Shown here: positions 46,960-57,689 of the stretch, in pieces
Numbering within the stretch: the first letter of the stretch is position 1
How the letters are laid out: each line of letters starts with the position of its first letter
Source of the DNA: Sulfolobales archaeon
Lineage (GTDB): Archaea > Thermoproteota > Thermoprotei_A > Sulfolobales > AG1
Assembly: GCA_038867615.1 (NCBI GenBank)
Contig: JAWBYA010000001.1
Location: forward strand, 64,001 to 128,000
DNA length: 64,000 nt
Direction: 5' to 3'
Position numbers and translations under genes: made by a program
Notes under the pieces: generated by a model
The model's database searches: none
What the model was told of the DNA's origin: nothing
The model's input: the letters and a program-made list of their open reading frames with translations, nothing else

Positions 46960-47349
46960 CTAGCCAATCCTCTTGGTGCGTAGTTCTACCACTACTCTCT
47001 TCATAGATATGATAGCTATACATGCCAGTAACGATACTACGATGTAAACTATTATTGGTATTGCTATTATTACTTGCCAGCTGAGCCCGGTTATAGATGA
47101 TAGTATATCCAGCATTCTCATCGTCCTCGGATCCATGGAGATCCTTGTTATAATTGGGGCTGTAAACACTACTAGAGAGGCTATGATACTGTTAAAGGCT
47201 CCTGCTCGAGCACTGTTAGGTGATAGGATAGCTAGTGGTATTGCTATTAGGATCGATATCCATAGCCAGTCAAGGCCAAGCACGCCTCCCACTATACCAA
47301 CAATGATCCCAGATATGATCGGGTATATGTGATCTCTAAGCATACCCAT
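46960..47349 (-). CDS. Small membrane protein downstream of the acylase
   Basis: 129 aa with about 4 TM segments; starts 6 bp after the acylase stop. Confidence 0.7.
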   Translation of the reverse strand: MGMLRDHIYPIISGIIVGIVGGVLGLDWLWISILIAIPLAILSPNSARAGAFNSIIASLVVFTAPIITRISMDPRTMRMLDILSSITGLSWQVIIAIPIIVYIVVSLLACIAIISMKRVVVELRTKRIG

Positions 47350-47355
47350 CCCAGA

Positions 47356-49902
47356 TCACCTCCCAGGCACCATATCGATCACAGCTACCTTGCTTCTAAC
47401 AGCCTCTGGGTTTGTTGGGAGATCCAGTTCCCTATATTTATAGCTATACCACGTGTCAAAGAAGTTCTTGTAATAATCACTAACAGGGTTCTCGCTCTGG
47501 CCACCTGGGTATATCCCATAAGCCTTTATAGATCCTCTCTCAACATATGCTATAATCCTCCAGCTAGGGCCTGTCCTAACAAACACCTCTCTCCCAAGGT
47601 TTCTGAGATCGTATTGGAAGCCAGCATTCATCAGAGTGGCTGACGCCCCATCCTCAGGCACTGGTTCTATAGATAGGGGTTTTAGCCCGCTTAGATGGGC
47701 TATATATAGCCTGTGGATCTTTCCCCATACCCAGGAGTTGATATCATCGCCATAAACAGCTCTAAGCCTATCCATTGCTTTGGAGAGGGCTTTTCTAGCA
47801 GCGTCGCTTAGGTTCCCGCCAAACCATTTCGAGCCAGGCATATTATGGATCAGCCATACCAGTGCGTCTTCCGTGGGATAGATTCTCAGCTTGATCCCGT
47901 GGTCTGCATATATTTTTGAGAAAGCCTCATCGTAGAGGGCTGAGAACCAAGCCCACCATATCGTTGGTGCAACTAGATTCTTATCCATCCTATAATCCCA
48001 CGATCTGAGGATCTCGAGGGCTTTGAGCTCGACGGGGCTTAGATCCCTATACCCCTCAACAGCCCTGATAAGCGTGGGGGTTGTTGACGAGGCATACCAT
48101 AGATGTATATCTGATTGGTATTTCATCATATCCTCCACCGAGTGCTTATCCTTGCTGGAGAGGAGCTGGTATATCCTCTGAGCCCTGGCACCAGGATCCC
48201 ACCAGCTCCCCAGGATAAAGTATGGGTAATAGGGACCAACGCTCATCTGGTTAGGTGCTGCGGCCCAACCCCTCTGGGGGTTAATGGTTCTTGGTATCTG
48301 CTCGTAGGGAACATAACCCTCCCACCCATAGCCACCGCTCCCATTCAGTATAGATCTAGACCCTATAACCCTCACCACATCGCCGTCGGGCAGCCTAACA
48401 CTCCTGTATGGGAAGAGGCCGGGTATTATTATCCCGTAGTTATTCTCCCTATCTATGAAGGCCCAGTTCTGTGAGGGTATATCCCAGTATCTGAGGGCGT
48501 TAACAAGATCCTCGTAGTTCTTAGCCTTGTTAACGAGATATATTGCTAAAACCTCCCTCGTAACCCCGCTGTTATCGTTCATATACCCCGCATTACCAAC
48601 CCATCTAAGCGATATGGGGGCTCCTTTGGTGCTTATTATAGGACCATTAGCTGTTATATTTACCTTTAATAGATAGACACCATAGCCCTTAACCCTTATG
48701 GGCTCCTCAACCACCTTTAAAGGTCTCCACTCGCCATTATAGAGGTAGGAGCCGTTTGATATCTTCTCTAGATAGAAGTCCATAACGCCTATCTGTGTGT
48801 TTGTGAGGCCCCATGCGACATGCTCGTTAAACCCTATGATTATGAATGGTATGCCTGGGAGGGTTACGCCCCTCACATTCATGTCAGGAGTCTTTATATG
48901 GGCCTCGTACCATATGGCTGGTATGTTGAGCGGTAGGTGGGGATCGTCTGCCATTATAGCCCCACCGGTTGTGGATCTAGAGGGCCCCACAACCCAGTTA
49001 TTACTCCCTATATCTGGTGGTTTCTCACCGCTGAGATCCAGTATGGATTCTATGGCGTCGAGGATCTGTTGTGCAAGATCTCGATCGCTGAGATCTATTC
49101 CCGTCGCCCATTGCGAGAACCAGTTAAGGCTTCTAAGATAACCGGGATCCTTATTGATTCTAAGGCCATCTATACTCCCATCCCCAGGGATCACTGTTAC
49201 GTTATCTCCATAGTATGGGTGGACTGGGAAGAGTACATTGGTATCGCTAGGCCCTAGTTTTATCGCTAGGTATGTTAGCTCTAGCGGTTCGAAGAAGTTC
49301 GTTAAACCCCAAGCCATATAGAGAGCCCATGCCATGCTATCCTCAGGCCTCCAGGGCTCTGGCTCGTATCCAAGCAGCTTGAACATCAATGGCAGCTCGT
49401 TCCTCGCCTTCATCCCCTCTACAGCCATGTTAACCCCCGCTGAGTATGCTACCATTATCGAGTAGACATCCGGGTAGGTGTTCTCAAGCCACTTTGTAGT
49501 GTTAACAGCAGCTCTATAGAGCCCCACTATCCTCATATAGATATCCTGTTTCAGCGTAGAGTTACCAAGAATCTCTGAGAGCCTCCCCTCGGCAAGCCTT
49601 CTCTGTATATCCATTTGCCACAATCTATGGTGGGCGTGGAGATATCCAAGTGCGTATGACGCGTCCCGCCAGCTCGATGCATATATGTGGGGAACCATAT
49701 CGCCGTCAAAAACCACTGTAACACTGTTATCGATCCCCTTCACACTGATCCTTATAGAACCTCTGAAATCCCCCCTCCCTATTTCTGTCCACACACCAGC
49801 ATAGGGGTTCATGAGAGATGCTACAGATCCGAAGGATAGGGTTAATAATATAATCAATATAAGTGATACAGCTATTACTGCTATCTCTCTAGCTATACCC
49901 AA
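47356..49902 (-). CDS. Penicillin acylase-family Ntn hydrolase, membrane-anchored
   Basis: VPHIYA, GYLHA.HRLWQMD, GSNNWVV (Ser nucleophile), DPHL and PGGQSENP.S.YY. Confidence 0.93.
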   Translation of the reverse strand: MGIAREIAVIAVSLILIILLTLSFGSVASLMNPYAGVWTEIGRGDFRGSIRISVKGIDNSVTVVFDGDMVPHIYASSWRDASYALGYLHAHHRLWQMDIQRRLAEGRLSEILGNSTLKQDIYMRIVGLYRAAVNTTKWLENTYPDVYSIMVAYSAGVNMAVEGMKARNELPLMFKLLGYEPEPWRPEDSMAWALYMAWGLTNFFEPLELTYLAIKLGPSDTNVLFPVHPYYGDNVTVIPGDGSIDGLRINKDPGYLRSLNWFSQWATGIDLSDRDLAQQILDAIESILDLSGEKPPDIGSNNWVVGPSRSTTGGAIMADDPHLPLNIPAIWYEAHIKTPDMNVRGVTLPGIPFIIIGFNEHVAWGLTNTQIGVMDFYLEKISNGSYLYNGEWRPLKVVEEPIRVKGYGVYLLKVNITANGPIISTKGAPISLRWVGNAGYMNDNSGVTREVLAIYLVNKAKNYEDLVNALRYWDIPSQNWAFIDRENNYGIIIPGLFPYRSVRLPDGDVVRVIGSRSILNGSGGYGWEGYVPYEQIPRTINPQRGWAAAPNQMSVGPYYPYFILGSWWDPGARAQRIYQLLSSKDKHSVEDMMKYQSDIHLWYASSTTPTLIRAVEGYRDLSPVELKALEILRSWDYRMDKNLVAPTIWWAWFSALYDEAFSKIYADHGIKLRIYPTEDALVWLIHNMPGSKWFGGNLSDAARKALSKAMDRLRAVYGDDINSWVWGKIHRLYIAHLSGLKPLSIEPVPEDGASATLMNAGFQYDLRNLGREVFVRTGPSWRIIAYVERGSIKAYGIYPGGQSENPVSDYYKNFFDTWYSYKYRELDLPTNPEAVRSKVAVIDMVPGR

Positions 49903-50175
49903 ATATATTACACCGTATATTAATAATCAGACAACTTATATTTTCATAATTAGTAGCAGCTGTCACTCATATATGCGGGACATCATCACCATTCAGATCC
50001 GGGTTCTCTAATCACCAATAAGTATTACACACCAGGATATATAGCTACACACAAGCCGGGACTTGGAGTTAGGTAACATGGAGATCCTAAGATCCTTGAT
50101 CGTGTAAGGATCGTTAGGAACCGATAGGCGAATGCTTAATAAACTCCTAGAAGAGATAGCTATTGGAAAACCCTC

Positions 50176-50228
50176 TAATGATGTGTGTGGCGGTCTCTGA
50201 ACAGTGATGTATTAGGAGCTCGCTGACC
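50176..50228 (+). ncRNA. C/D box guide sRNA
   Basis: C ATGATGT 50178-50184, D' CTGA 50197-50200, C' GTGATGT 50204-50210, D CTGA 50223-50226; two 12-nt guides; TTAATAAA at 50136. Confidence 0.75.
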
Positions 50229-50452
50229 TCCACGATCCTGAGGGTTTGTCTATGCTTCAAGCATAGCATAGAATGCAGCAGACAGATACTCTTGGTTTAA
50301 CAAGCATGTTGTCCAACAACAGTATGACGAGATCTTAATGCGGCTGAAGCCCTTGGATATGAGGGCTGTTTCCTTAACTGATATTTAGTAGTAGGTATCT
50401 ATAGATCTTCGATTAATACTGTTCTTGGCGGTTATTTGTCTCTATATTGACT

Positions 50453-50572
50453 CTGGGTGGTGATTGGAGCATCGCTCCAAGCCGTCCAGGGAATGATCTC
50501 TCAGTAGATAGGAGACTAGCGTCGTTTGGCTCGACAGTAGCCAATGAACCTACAAGGTCGATCTACTGTGGA
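50453..50572 (+). mobile_element. TnpB-element relic, family 2 copy 2 (decayed, right end lost)
   Basis: CTGGGTGGTGATTGGAGCATCGCTCCAAGCCGTCC and CGTTTGGCTCGAC..GCC.ATGA.CCT align with 10254-10366. Confidence 0.6.
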
Positions 50573-50594
50573 ATTGAAAAGGGATAAAGGGTAA

Positions 50595-51296
50595 TTGATA
50601 AAGGCGTGGGTGCTCGTTGTGGGTCTTGCTAGAGATCTGATGGAGCTCGGTGCAAAGGCGCTCTTCATAGATCTCGACATGACTCTTGTTGATACTGCTA
50701 GGGGCTTGATTATAGCTATGGATATGGTGAGGGGGGAATTCCCTCTAGAGATCCAGCTGGACTCTGATACGAGAGCCATAATGAAGTCCTATTACAATGG
50801 TAGCTTGATAAAGATAAACGAGCCTATGAAGAGATGGATCTTCTGGAGATATGTGTGGATCAAGTATCTCGAGAACAGGATCTACGGGATCCCGATGCCA
50901 TGCTCAGAGGATTTCCTAAGAGAGAGTGCTGGTAGAATGATCACAGCGATAGTAACTGGTAGAGAGGTTGAGACCAGGCTCTTCGTGGACGAGCTCAACA
51001 GCTATGGCTTCCCCCTAGATATGATTAGCGTCTACTCAACCGGAGACCTCGGATTCGGTGTGACAAAGAGAGAGCTCTATGAGCAGTTGGCAAGAAAATA
51101 TGGGAGGCTCGGTATCCCGAGAAGCTCTATAGTTGTTATAAGCGACTCACCAAGGGATCTCTTGTTTGCCAACGAGATAGGGTTTAAAGCGATAGGCTAT
51201 ATACCTTTCGATGATAGAGAGGTGGAGGAGATGATATCCATGGCATCCAATGGTATTGTTATAAGAACCCTCTGCACAAACCACGGGCTCTTTTAA
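50595..51296 (+). CDS. HAD-superfamily hydrolase
   Basis: FIDLDMTLVDT motif I, IVTGR and ISDSPRD. Confidence 0.85.
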   Translation: MIKAWVLVVGLARDLMELGAKALFIDLDMTLVDTARGLIIAMDMVRGEFPLEIQLDSDTRAIMKSYYNGSLIKINEPMKRWIFWRYVWIKYLENRIYGIPMPCSEDFLRESAGRMITAIVTGREVETRLFVDELNSYGFPLDMISVYSTGDLGFGVTKRELYEQLARKYGRLGIPRSSIVVISDSPRDLLFANEIGFKAIGYIPFDDREVEEMISMASNGIVIRTLCTNHGLF

Positions 51297-51370
51297 AAAC
51301 CTATTATTGGAAATATGTAAAAAAGATAAGCATGATCTTATGAGGGGAGATGCTTCAATCCCTATAGTAT

Positions 51371-51796
51371 CTATAGCTCCTGTGTTCTGTTAGCATACCC
51401 AATCGAGTATTTCTTAGGCTTTAGGTTCTCGATGATATACTCTGTAGCCTTCCAAGGATCTGAGTGATCGCCACACGTATATACATCTACCGTGGCGTAT
51501 GAATACTCTATCCATGTGTGTATAGCTATATGGCTCTCAGTTACAAGCGCTATCACAGAGACTCCTCCCTTCTTGCCACCAAAGCTCCATGACTTTACCT
51601 CAACTAAGTGCATGTTGGCCTTCTTAGCAGCCTCTACTACTAGGTTTCTGAGGAACTCTTCGTCCGATATACGCGAGGGATCTGGATCATATATGTTTGC
51701 ATATACATGTTTACCAATGATTCTAGTGTCTCTATCCTCTAGAACAAGCTCTTGTTCTACAACGCCTCTATTTTCCTCCCCGGCGTTTTCCCCCAT
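51371..51796 (-). CDS. Pyruvoyl-dependent decarboxylase, AdoMetDC family; arginine decarboxylase-type (SSO0536-like)
   Basis: [34 protein letters not shown] (ES cleavage site) and DVYTCG. Confidence 0.85.
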   Translation of the reverse strand: MGENAGEENRGVVEQELVLEDRDTRIIGKHVYANIYDPDPSRISDEEFLRNLVVEAAKKANMHLVEVKSWSFGGKKGGVSVIALVTESHIAIHTWIEYSYATVDVYTCGDHSDPWKATEYIIENLKPKKYSIGYANRTQEL

Positions 51797-51950
51797 TTTT
51801 ACCCGGTTTCCCTCCTTTTCCATTTTTATTAAAAACATAACATGGAATTTAAGCTTAACTCTGCCTTTTGTGCCTTAACCATGAGAAGGCTGGGAAATAC
51901 CGGGCTGGCTTGAAAGAATATAAGCTCTCTCGCTACTGTGTTGGTGGGCT

Positions 51951-52637
51951 TTGGAGCAAGGCTTCGTCATAGTGGTTGATCACCCACTCGCAAGGGCTAT
52001 TCTCACATCCCTCAGGGATAGAAGAACCGACCAGATAGGCTTTAGGAAGGGTCTTGTAAGGCTTGGAAGGATAATTGGTATGGAGATGACTAAGCACCTA
52101 GATATCGAGAAAATCTATGTAGAGACGCCCTTGGGGGTTATGGCTGAAGGGGTTAGGATACCTGATATGGAGCATGTCGTCATAATAAATATCCTCAGGG
52201 CTGCGATGCCCATGGTTGAGGGGCTTATAAAGATATTCCCCAGCGCTAGGCAAGGGATCATTAGTGCTAGGAGGGTTGAGGAGAAGGGTATGGGTGCTAA
52301 CTACTCCTTCGATGTTGAGATACATTACATGAAGATCCCCAAGATCTATGAGAGGGACACGCTGATAATGGTCGACCCAATGTTTGCCACAGGCTCTACA
52401 ATGATCTCTGTACTCAACAGGATCCTTAACATGGGTGCAATGCCGAAGAGAATATTCTTCACAACAGCTATATCGACCATGGTAGCTATTGATAGGCTGA
52501 GGAGCTTCTTGCTGGATAGAAAGCTTATAGAGAAGGCTAGGCTATTCACAGTAGCAATAGATCCCGAGATTAACGATAAAGGATACATAGTACCCGGGCT
52601 GGGTGATGCTGGAGACAGGGCCTTTGGATATGGCTAG
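51951..52637 (+). CDS. upp: Uracil phosphoribosyltransferase
   Basis: ILRAA, MVDPMFATGST and YIVPGLGDAGDR. Confidence 0.96.
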   Translation: MEQGFVIVVDHPLARAILTSLRDRRTDQIGFRKGLVRLGRIIGMEMTKHLDIEKIYVETPLGVMAEGVRIPDMEHVVIINILRAAMPMVEGLIKIFPSARQGIISARRVEEKGMGANYSFDVEIHYMKIPKIYERDTLIMVDPMFATGSTMISVLNRILNMGAMPKRIFFTTAISTMVAIDRLRSFLLDRKLIEKARLFTVAIDPEINDKGYIVPGLGDAGDRAFGYG

Positions 52638-52709
52638 AGTTGCTAACATACTTAGAACGAATAAGAGCCTCCTAAACCTATAGTTAGTGATCCATCCGGG
52701 GTATTCTGC

Positions 52710-53960
52710 TTGGAGGTTGAGCACCCCTCGCGGGATATATTCGGCAGGTCGGCAAGGACTCTTCTAGAGCACCACATAATACTGGGGGTAACATCAAGCA
52801 TATCTCTATATAGATCCCTGGATCTTGCTAGAGAGCTTATGAGAAGGGGTGCAGAGGTATACCCAGTAATCTCGCCTAAGGCTGCGAAACTAATATCCCC
52901 GGAGATGTGGAGATGGGCCACAGGGAATAAACCCTATGTGAGGTTCGGCGGAGAGCTTGGACATATAGCGCTTGCTAGAAGGGCTAGCGGTATGGTGATA
53001 GCACCAGCAACAGCCAATACTATTGCCAAGATAGCCTATGGAATAGCAGATACTAGTGTAACCCTCACAGCCCAAGTAATGATAGGGATGGGTAAAAGAG
53101 TGATCATAGTTCCAGCTATGCACGAACCCATGTATAGATCAAAGCCTCTTGAAGAGGCTCTGAGGAGATGCGCCGAAATGGGTGTCTCCGTATTACCACC
53201 GGTTATAGAGGAGGGGAAGGCAAAGATCCCGAACATATCCTTCATAGCAGACAAGGTTGAGGCAACCATACTCAGGGGAGAGGATCTCAGGGGTGTAAAG
53301 ATACTAGTCACCGCAGGACCTACCAGAGAGCATCTAGACCCTGTGAGGTTCTTAAGCAACCCCAGCAGCGGTAAAATGGGTGTAGCGATAGCCTCTGAGG
53401 CTTTCTATAGGGGAGCATCACCAATACTAATACACGGCTCTGTATCTGTACCAATACCACCATGGCTCAGGACTATAGAGATAACAAGTACAGAAGAAAT
53501 GCTAAGAGCCGTTGAAGCCTCTATAGAGAAAGAGAAACCGGAATCGATAGTGCTAGCAGCGGCTCCAGCTGATTTTAAATTCTCGGCGAAAGAGTCCCTT
53601 AAGATCCCCAGCGAGAAAGGAGCTCCAGAGGTAAAGCTAGAGCTAACACCAAAAATAGCCGAGTACGTGAGGAAAAAAGCCCCTAACTCCCTAATCATAG
53701 GGTTCGCTGCAGAGACAACAGACAGTGAGGAGGAGCTTGTTGAAAAGGCATATAGGAAGCTTAAGAAATACGGCTTTGACTACGTGATGGCAAACTATGT
53801 TGGAAAACCCGGGACAGGGTTTGGTTATGACACTGACGAGGGGCTTATAATAGATTCTAGCGGAAAGATCCTGTTTAAGGGGTATATGCTCAAGCGGGAG
53901 TGGGCAAGGATAATAGTGGACATAATAGCCAGGGTTTCTGGACGCGGGAGAGAAATATAG
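52710..53960 (+). CDS. coaBC: Bifunctional phosphopantothenoylcysteine decarboxylase/synthetase
   Basis: APATANTIAK, PAMH, VTAGPTREHLDPVRFLSNPSSGKMG and GFAAET. Confidence 0.95.
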   Translation: MEVEHPSRDIFGRSARTLLEHHIILGVTSSISLYRSLDLARELMRRGAEVYPVISPKAAKLISPEMWRWATGNKPYVRFGGELGHIALARRASGMVIAPATANTIAKIAYGIADTSVTLTAQVMIGMGKRVIIVPAMHEPMYRSKPLEEALRRCAEMGVSVLPPVIEEGKAKIPNISFIADKVEATILRGEDLRGVKILVTAGPTREHLDPVRFLSNPSSGKMGVAIASEAFYRGASPILIHGSVSVPIPPWLRTIEITSTEEMLRAVEASIEKEKPESIVLAAAPADFKFSAKESLKIPSEKGAPEVKLELTPKIAEYVRKKAPNSLIIGFAAETTDSEEELVEKAYRKLKKYGFDYVMANYVGKPGTGFGYDTDEGLIIDSSGKILFKGYMLKREWARIIVDIIARVSGRGREI

Positions 53961-54000
53961 TGATGAAAACCAACCGTGTAGCATATTATAGCCCATTAAC

Positions 54001-54474
54001 ATGTACAGTGGTGATCCCATGCAGTGCGTCGAAGAAGGCTCTCTAGCTCCTGACTTCGAGCTGGCAGACCAGGATGGAAAGATCTTCAGGCTATCAAGCA
54101 TGAGGGGGAAGTATGTGGTACTGTACTTCTACCCCAAAGCAATGACAAGAGGGTGCACCATAGAGGCTCTTGAGTTTAGAGACTCCTACCAGAAGATCTT
54201 ATCGCTAGGGGCTGTTGTAGTTGGTGTCTCCAAAGATAGTATTGATAGTATAAAGGAGTTCTCCCAGAAATATGGATTACCATTCACACTACTATCGGAT
54301 CCAGAGGGGGTGGTTATCAAGCGATACTGCGTCCAGGGACCCTTTGGCCTTGCAAGAAGGGTTACTTTTCTAATCGATGATAAGGGCATTGTTAGGAAGA
54401 AATGGAGTAAGGTAAACCCCCTTGGACACGCGTTGGAAGTTATAAAGGAGATCGAGGCTCTCAGGGGAAGCTAG
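54001..54474 (+). CDS. bcp: Peroxiredoxin (BCP type)
   Basis: APDFEL, VLYFYPKAMTRGCTIEA and RVTFLID. Confidence 0.92.
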   Translation: MYSGDPMQCVEEGSLAPDFELADQDGKIFRLSSMRGKYVVLYFYPKAMTRGCTIEALEFRDSYQKILSLGAVVVGVSKDSIDSIKEFSQKYGLPFTLLSDPEGVVIKRYCVQGPFGLARRVTFLIDDKGIVRKKWSKVNPLGHALEVIKEIEALRGS

Positions 54475-54705
54475 ATGCCTAGGTGCTCTGTCTGCGGTAA
54501 GGTTTTCCCCGAGGGGCAGGGGATCTATGTTAAAGTCCGCAACAAAGAGATCTTTTTCCACAAAAAGACATGTGCAACCAAGTTCCTGAGAGAGTTACTA
54601 CCCCTCCTTGGGCAGGAGTGCATGGGGGCTGTTGAAAGCGTGCTTGATAGCTTCTCAAAGGCTATAGAGGAGAAGAAGAGGGAGAAGAGGCTCCCCGGAA
54701 CATAG
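54475..54705 (+). CDS. Small TRASH/L24e-like metal-binding protein
   Basis: CSVCGKVFPEGQG...FHKKTC. Confidence 0.65.
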   Translation: MPRCSVCGKVFPEGQGIYVKVRNKEIFFHKKTCATKFLRELLPLLGQECMGAVESVLDSFSKAIEEKKREKRLPGT

Positions 54706-54752
54706 GATCTCTGTGTTAAAATCTTTTAAACCTCTTTATCTAAATTATTTAA

Positions 54753-57653
54753 ATGGCGGCATTGTTGCGGGCAATAACTAGAGCTAGTATGGAGGAAGAT
54801 GCTAACTGTCTAAGCGGCGAGGATCTAGAGGTAGCCTCGATGCTACACCCAGCTGTACAGAAGCTCGTCTGTGAGAAGGGGTGGAGGCAATTAACACCTA
54901 TCCAGAGGAAAGCAATACCAAGAATACTCGCCGGCGATAACGTGTTAGCAATGGCTCCAACAGGTCATGGTAAGACAGAGGCGGCTTTACTCCCAGTCCT
55001 ATCCCAGATGCTCCAGACGGACAAGGATGGGAAGGGGATCTATGTTCTCTACATAACCCCCCTCAAGGCCCTCATAAACGACCTCACATTGAGGATCGAG
55101 TGGTGGGCCTCGAGACTCGGGTTCAACGTTGGTAGGAAACATGGAGACGTACCACAGATCGAGAGGATGAAGAGACATAGAACAGTACCTGAGATCATGA
55201 TAACAACTCCCGAGAGCCTTGAAATAGACCTCGACTGGGCTACCAAGTTCAGAAAATACTACTCAACAGTATCTTGGGTTATAATAGATGAGGTTCACGA
55301 GCTCGTTGGTACTAAGAGGGGGGCTCAGCTAGCAGTCCTCCTCGAAAGGCTGTATAATATGAGTGGTAAGGAGTTCCAAAGGATCCTGTTATCAGCAACT
55401 GTAGGAGATCCGGAGAAGGTTGCTAGGTACTTCTCAGGATCCTCTCAGAGAAACATATCCATAGTTAAGGGCGGGGGTTATAAAGATCTAATGTTCTCTA
55501 TAGTCTCTATAGATGAGAAGAACAACGACCCAATAGAGGGAGGCGTTAAGGAGCTTGCTAAAAGCATAGAACCTCCTACACTGGTTTTTACTAACAGCAG
55601 GTATATAGCCGAGAGGATCTATGAGAGCCTTGAGAAAACAGGCTTCAAGAGAATGGCAGTGCACCACTCATCAGTCTCGCACGAGCTGAGGGAGAGCATA
55701 GAGGATGAGATGAGAAAAGGCAATATAGATGTGGTTATAGCGACAAAAACCCTAGAGCTAGGGATAGATGTTGGGTGTATAAACAAGGTTATAATGTTCA
55801 GGCCGCCTGGACAGGTTGTCTCGCTCCTCCAGAGGGTCGGGAGATCTGGACATAGTGTTGACGAAGTATCTAAGGGAGCAATAATAACCCTCGACAACAT
55901 GGATATCCTGGTATCCGCATCCCTGATCTCTCTCCTAGCGGATGGGTATCTGGAGAAGCCCTACATGATAGAGAACCCCCTAGATGTGCTGGCAAGGGAG
56001 ATCGTTGGATGGGTGCTCAGGGGTGAGAGCGTTAGCCTTGACACAATATATAGGGTTATTAGGAGGGCCTATCCCTTCAGGAACCTTGAGTGGACAACCT
56101 TCGCAGAAGTGATCTCGGAGATGGTTAAGAACGGGGTTCTGGAGTACTCCGGCAGCAATACCATCAGGCTTGGGAAGAACTTCTTCAATATATGGCGGTT
56201 TGATCAGAAGTGGAGGAGTTCCAGGATGTTTACAGAGTTCTTCACATTCATATCTGAGAGCACTATGTTTGCTGTGAGGAGCGGTGACAAGATCGTTGGC
56301 TACCTAGACGATCAATACGTGTTCAGGATCCTGAGGGTAGGCGACGTGATCAGGATAGGTGGGAGGCTGTGGAGGATCTCCAGAATAGATGAGGATAACA
56401 TGATCATAGACGTCTCGCCAACAGATGAGAGCAACAGCATGATCCCGCTGTGGAGAGGCGAATCCCCCACAAGGTCGAGAGCCGTTGCCGAGAAATTCTA
56501 CGAGATGCTCTCAAACGGGTTCAGCATTAACAACAACATACTTGATAAGGGATCGGTAAAGCTTGTTGAGGGCGCCCTCGAAGAGATCAGATCCTGGTTT
56601 GTTAAAAACAAAATACCAATACCATCGAGAGATACTGTGGTTATCGAGGATCTAGGCGAGGAGGAGATTATGCTCTACCCATTCGGGGATAAGATGGCTG
56701 AGGCTGTTGGCTACCTCTTCCTCTACATCGCGTCAAAGAGGGAGGGGATGGATGTTGGTGTGAGGGTAACCCCCTTCGGGATCTCGATCAAGGCTTCCAA
56801 TACTAGTCTCAAAACCATTCTTAAGGAGATAGGATCTGGGGAATATGTTGATGAGATCATGGGTGATGCTCTCAAAAGAAGCCCCAAGCTATCTATAAAG
56901 GTAAAGGAGATCCAGCATAGCTTCGGCTACATGGGCAGGGTTCCCGAGGAGAGTGTGGTGTTTAAAGAAGCCGTGAGACAGATCCTAGAGGATCTCGAGT
57001 CAGAAGGAAGCGTCAGATCCTTCTTCGCAGGCCTATCAAGCGGGGAGATAAAGATCCACATAGTACCTAAAAGAACCCCTCCATCACCTATATCGAAAAA
57101 GATCCTATCGACGCCTCTCATCAGGCCATGGTTGAGAGATATATCATACATAGTTGCAAAGCTCCTCAAAGGCTTCGCAATGACAGTAACAGAGGTTGCC
57201 GAAGCCCTAGAGCTACCTGAAAAGATCATTGAGAACAAGCTCAAGGAGATGAGAAAAGGAGGCCCCTACAGGGCTATTCAATTCAAAGACATCGATACTG
57301 GCGAGTGGAGATGGGCCTTGGTAGAAGATCTCGAGGCTATATCGAAATCACCAGAGTTCCAAGCATGTTTCATATCAAAAGGCATTTACGACCACATAGA
57401 ATGCTCGCTCAAATACGAGCCAGGATCTGCCCAGGTTAAGTTTGTTATAAAGACAAGCGATCTCGACGAAGGTATAAAAAGGATCCTTGAAAACACGTCA
57501 ACCGACGAGATCTATGAGGTGAGGATATCACCAATAAGCGCTCTAGGGCTTAGAGAGGCTTCCATCGCCTACTATAATGTTCCAAAAGAGGCCTTCCCAT
57601 ATATTGTTAAGAACGCCATAGCATATATAGAGAAGATGAGTACAAGTTACTAA
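54753..57653 (+). CDS. Second Lhr-family SF2 helicase
   Basis: APTGHGKT, TPLKALIND, DEVH, HHSS, TLELGIDVG, QRVGRSGH and IPLWRGE; C-terminal HTH-like region. Confidence 0.92.
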   Translation: MAALLRAITRASMEEDANCLSGEDLEVASMLHPAVQKLVCEKGWRQLTPIQRKAIPRILAGDNVLAMAPTGHGKTEAALLPVLSQMLQTDKDGKGIYVLYITPLKALINDLTLRIEWWASRLGFNVGRKHGDVPQIERMKRHRTVPEIMITTPESLEIDLDWATKFRKYYSTVSWVIIDEVHELVGTKRGAQLAVLLERLYNMSGKEFQRILLSATVGDPEKVARYFSGSSQRNISIVKGGGYKDLMFSIVSIDEKNNDPIEGGVKELAKSIEPPTLVFTNSRYIAERIYESLEKTGFKRMAVHHSSVSHELRESIEDEMRKGNIDVVIATKTLELGIDVGCINKVIMFRPPGQVVSLLQRVGRSGHSVDEVSKGAIITLDNMDILVSASLISLLADGYLEKPYMIENPLDVLAREIVGWVLRGESVSLDTIYRVIRRAYPFRNLEWTTFAEVISEMVKNGVLEYSGSNTIRLGKNFFNIWRFDQKWRSSRMFTEFFTFISESTMFAVRSGDKIVGYLDDQYVFRILRVGDVIRIGGRLWRISRIDEDNMIIDVSPTDESNSMIPLWRGESPTRSRAVAEKFYEMLSNGFSINNNILDKGSVKLVEGALEEIRSWFVKNKIPIPSRDTVVIEDLGEEEIMLYPFGDKMAEAVGYLFLYIASKREGMDVGVRVTPFGISIKASNTSLKTILKEIGSGEYVDEIMGDALKRSPKLSIKVKEIQHSFGYMGRVPEESVVFKEAVRQILEDLESEGSVRSFFAGLSSGEIKIHIVPKRTPPSPISKKILSTPLIRPWLRDISYIVAKLLKGFAMTVTEVAEALELPEKIIENKLKEMRKGGPYRAIQFKDIDTGEWRWALVEDLEAISKSPEFQACFISKGIYDHIECSLKYEPGSAQVKFVIKTSDLDEGIKRILENTSTDEIYEVRISPISALGLREASIAYYNVPKEAFPYIVKNAIAYIEKMSTSY

Positions 57654-57689
57654 ACTGATCAGTGTTAAGAAGAAGGGTTTGTTTTAGAA

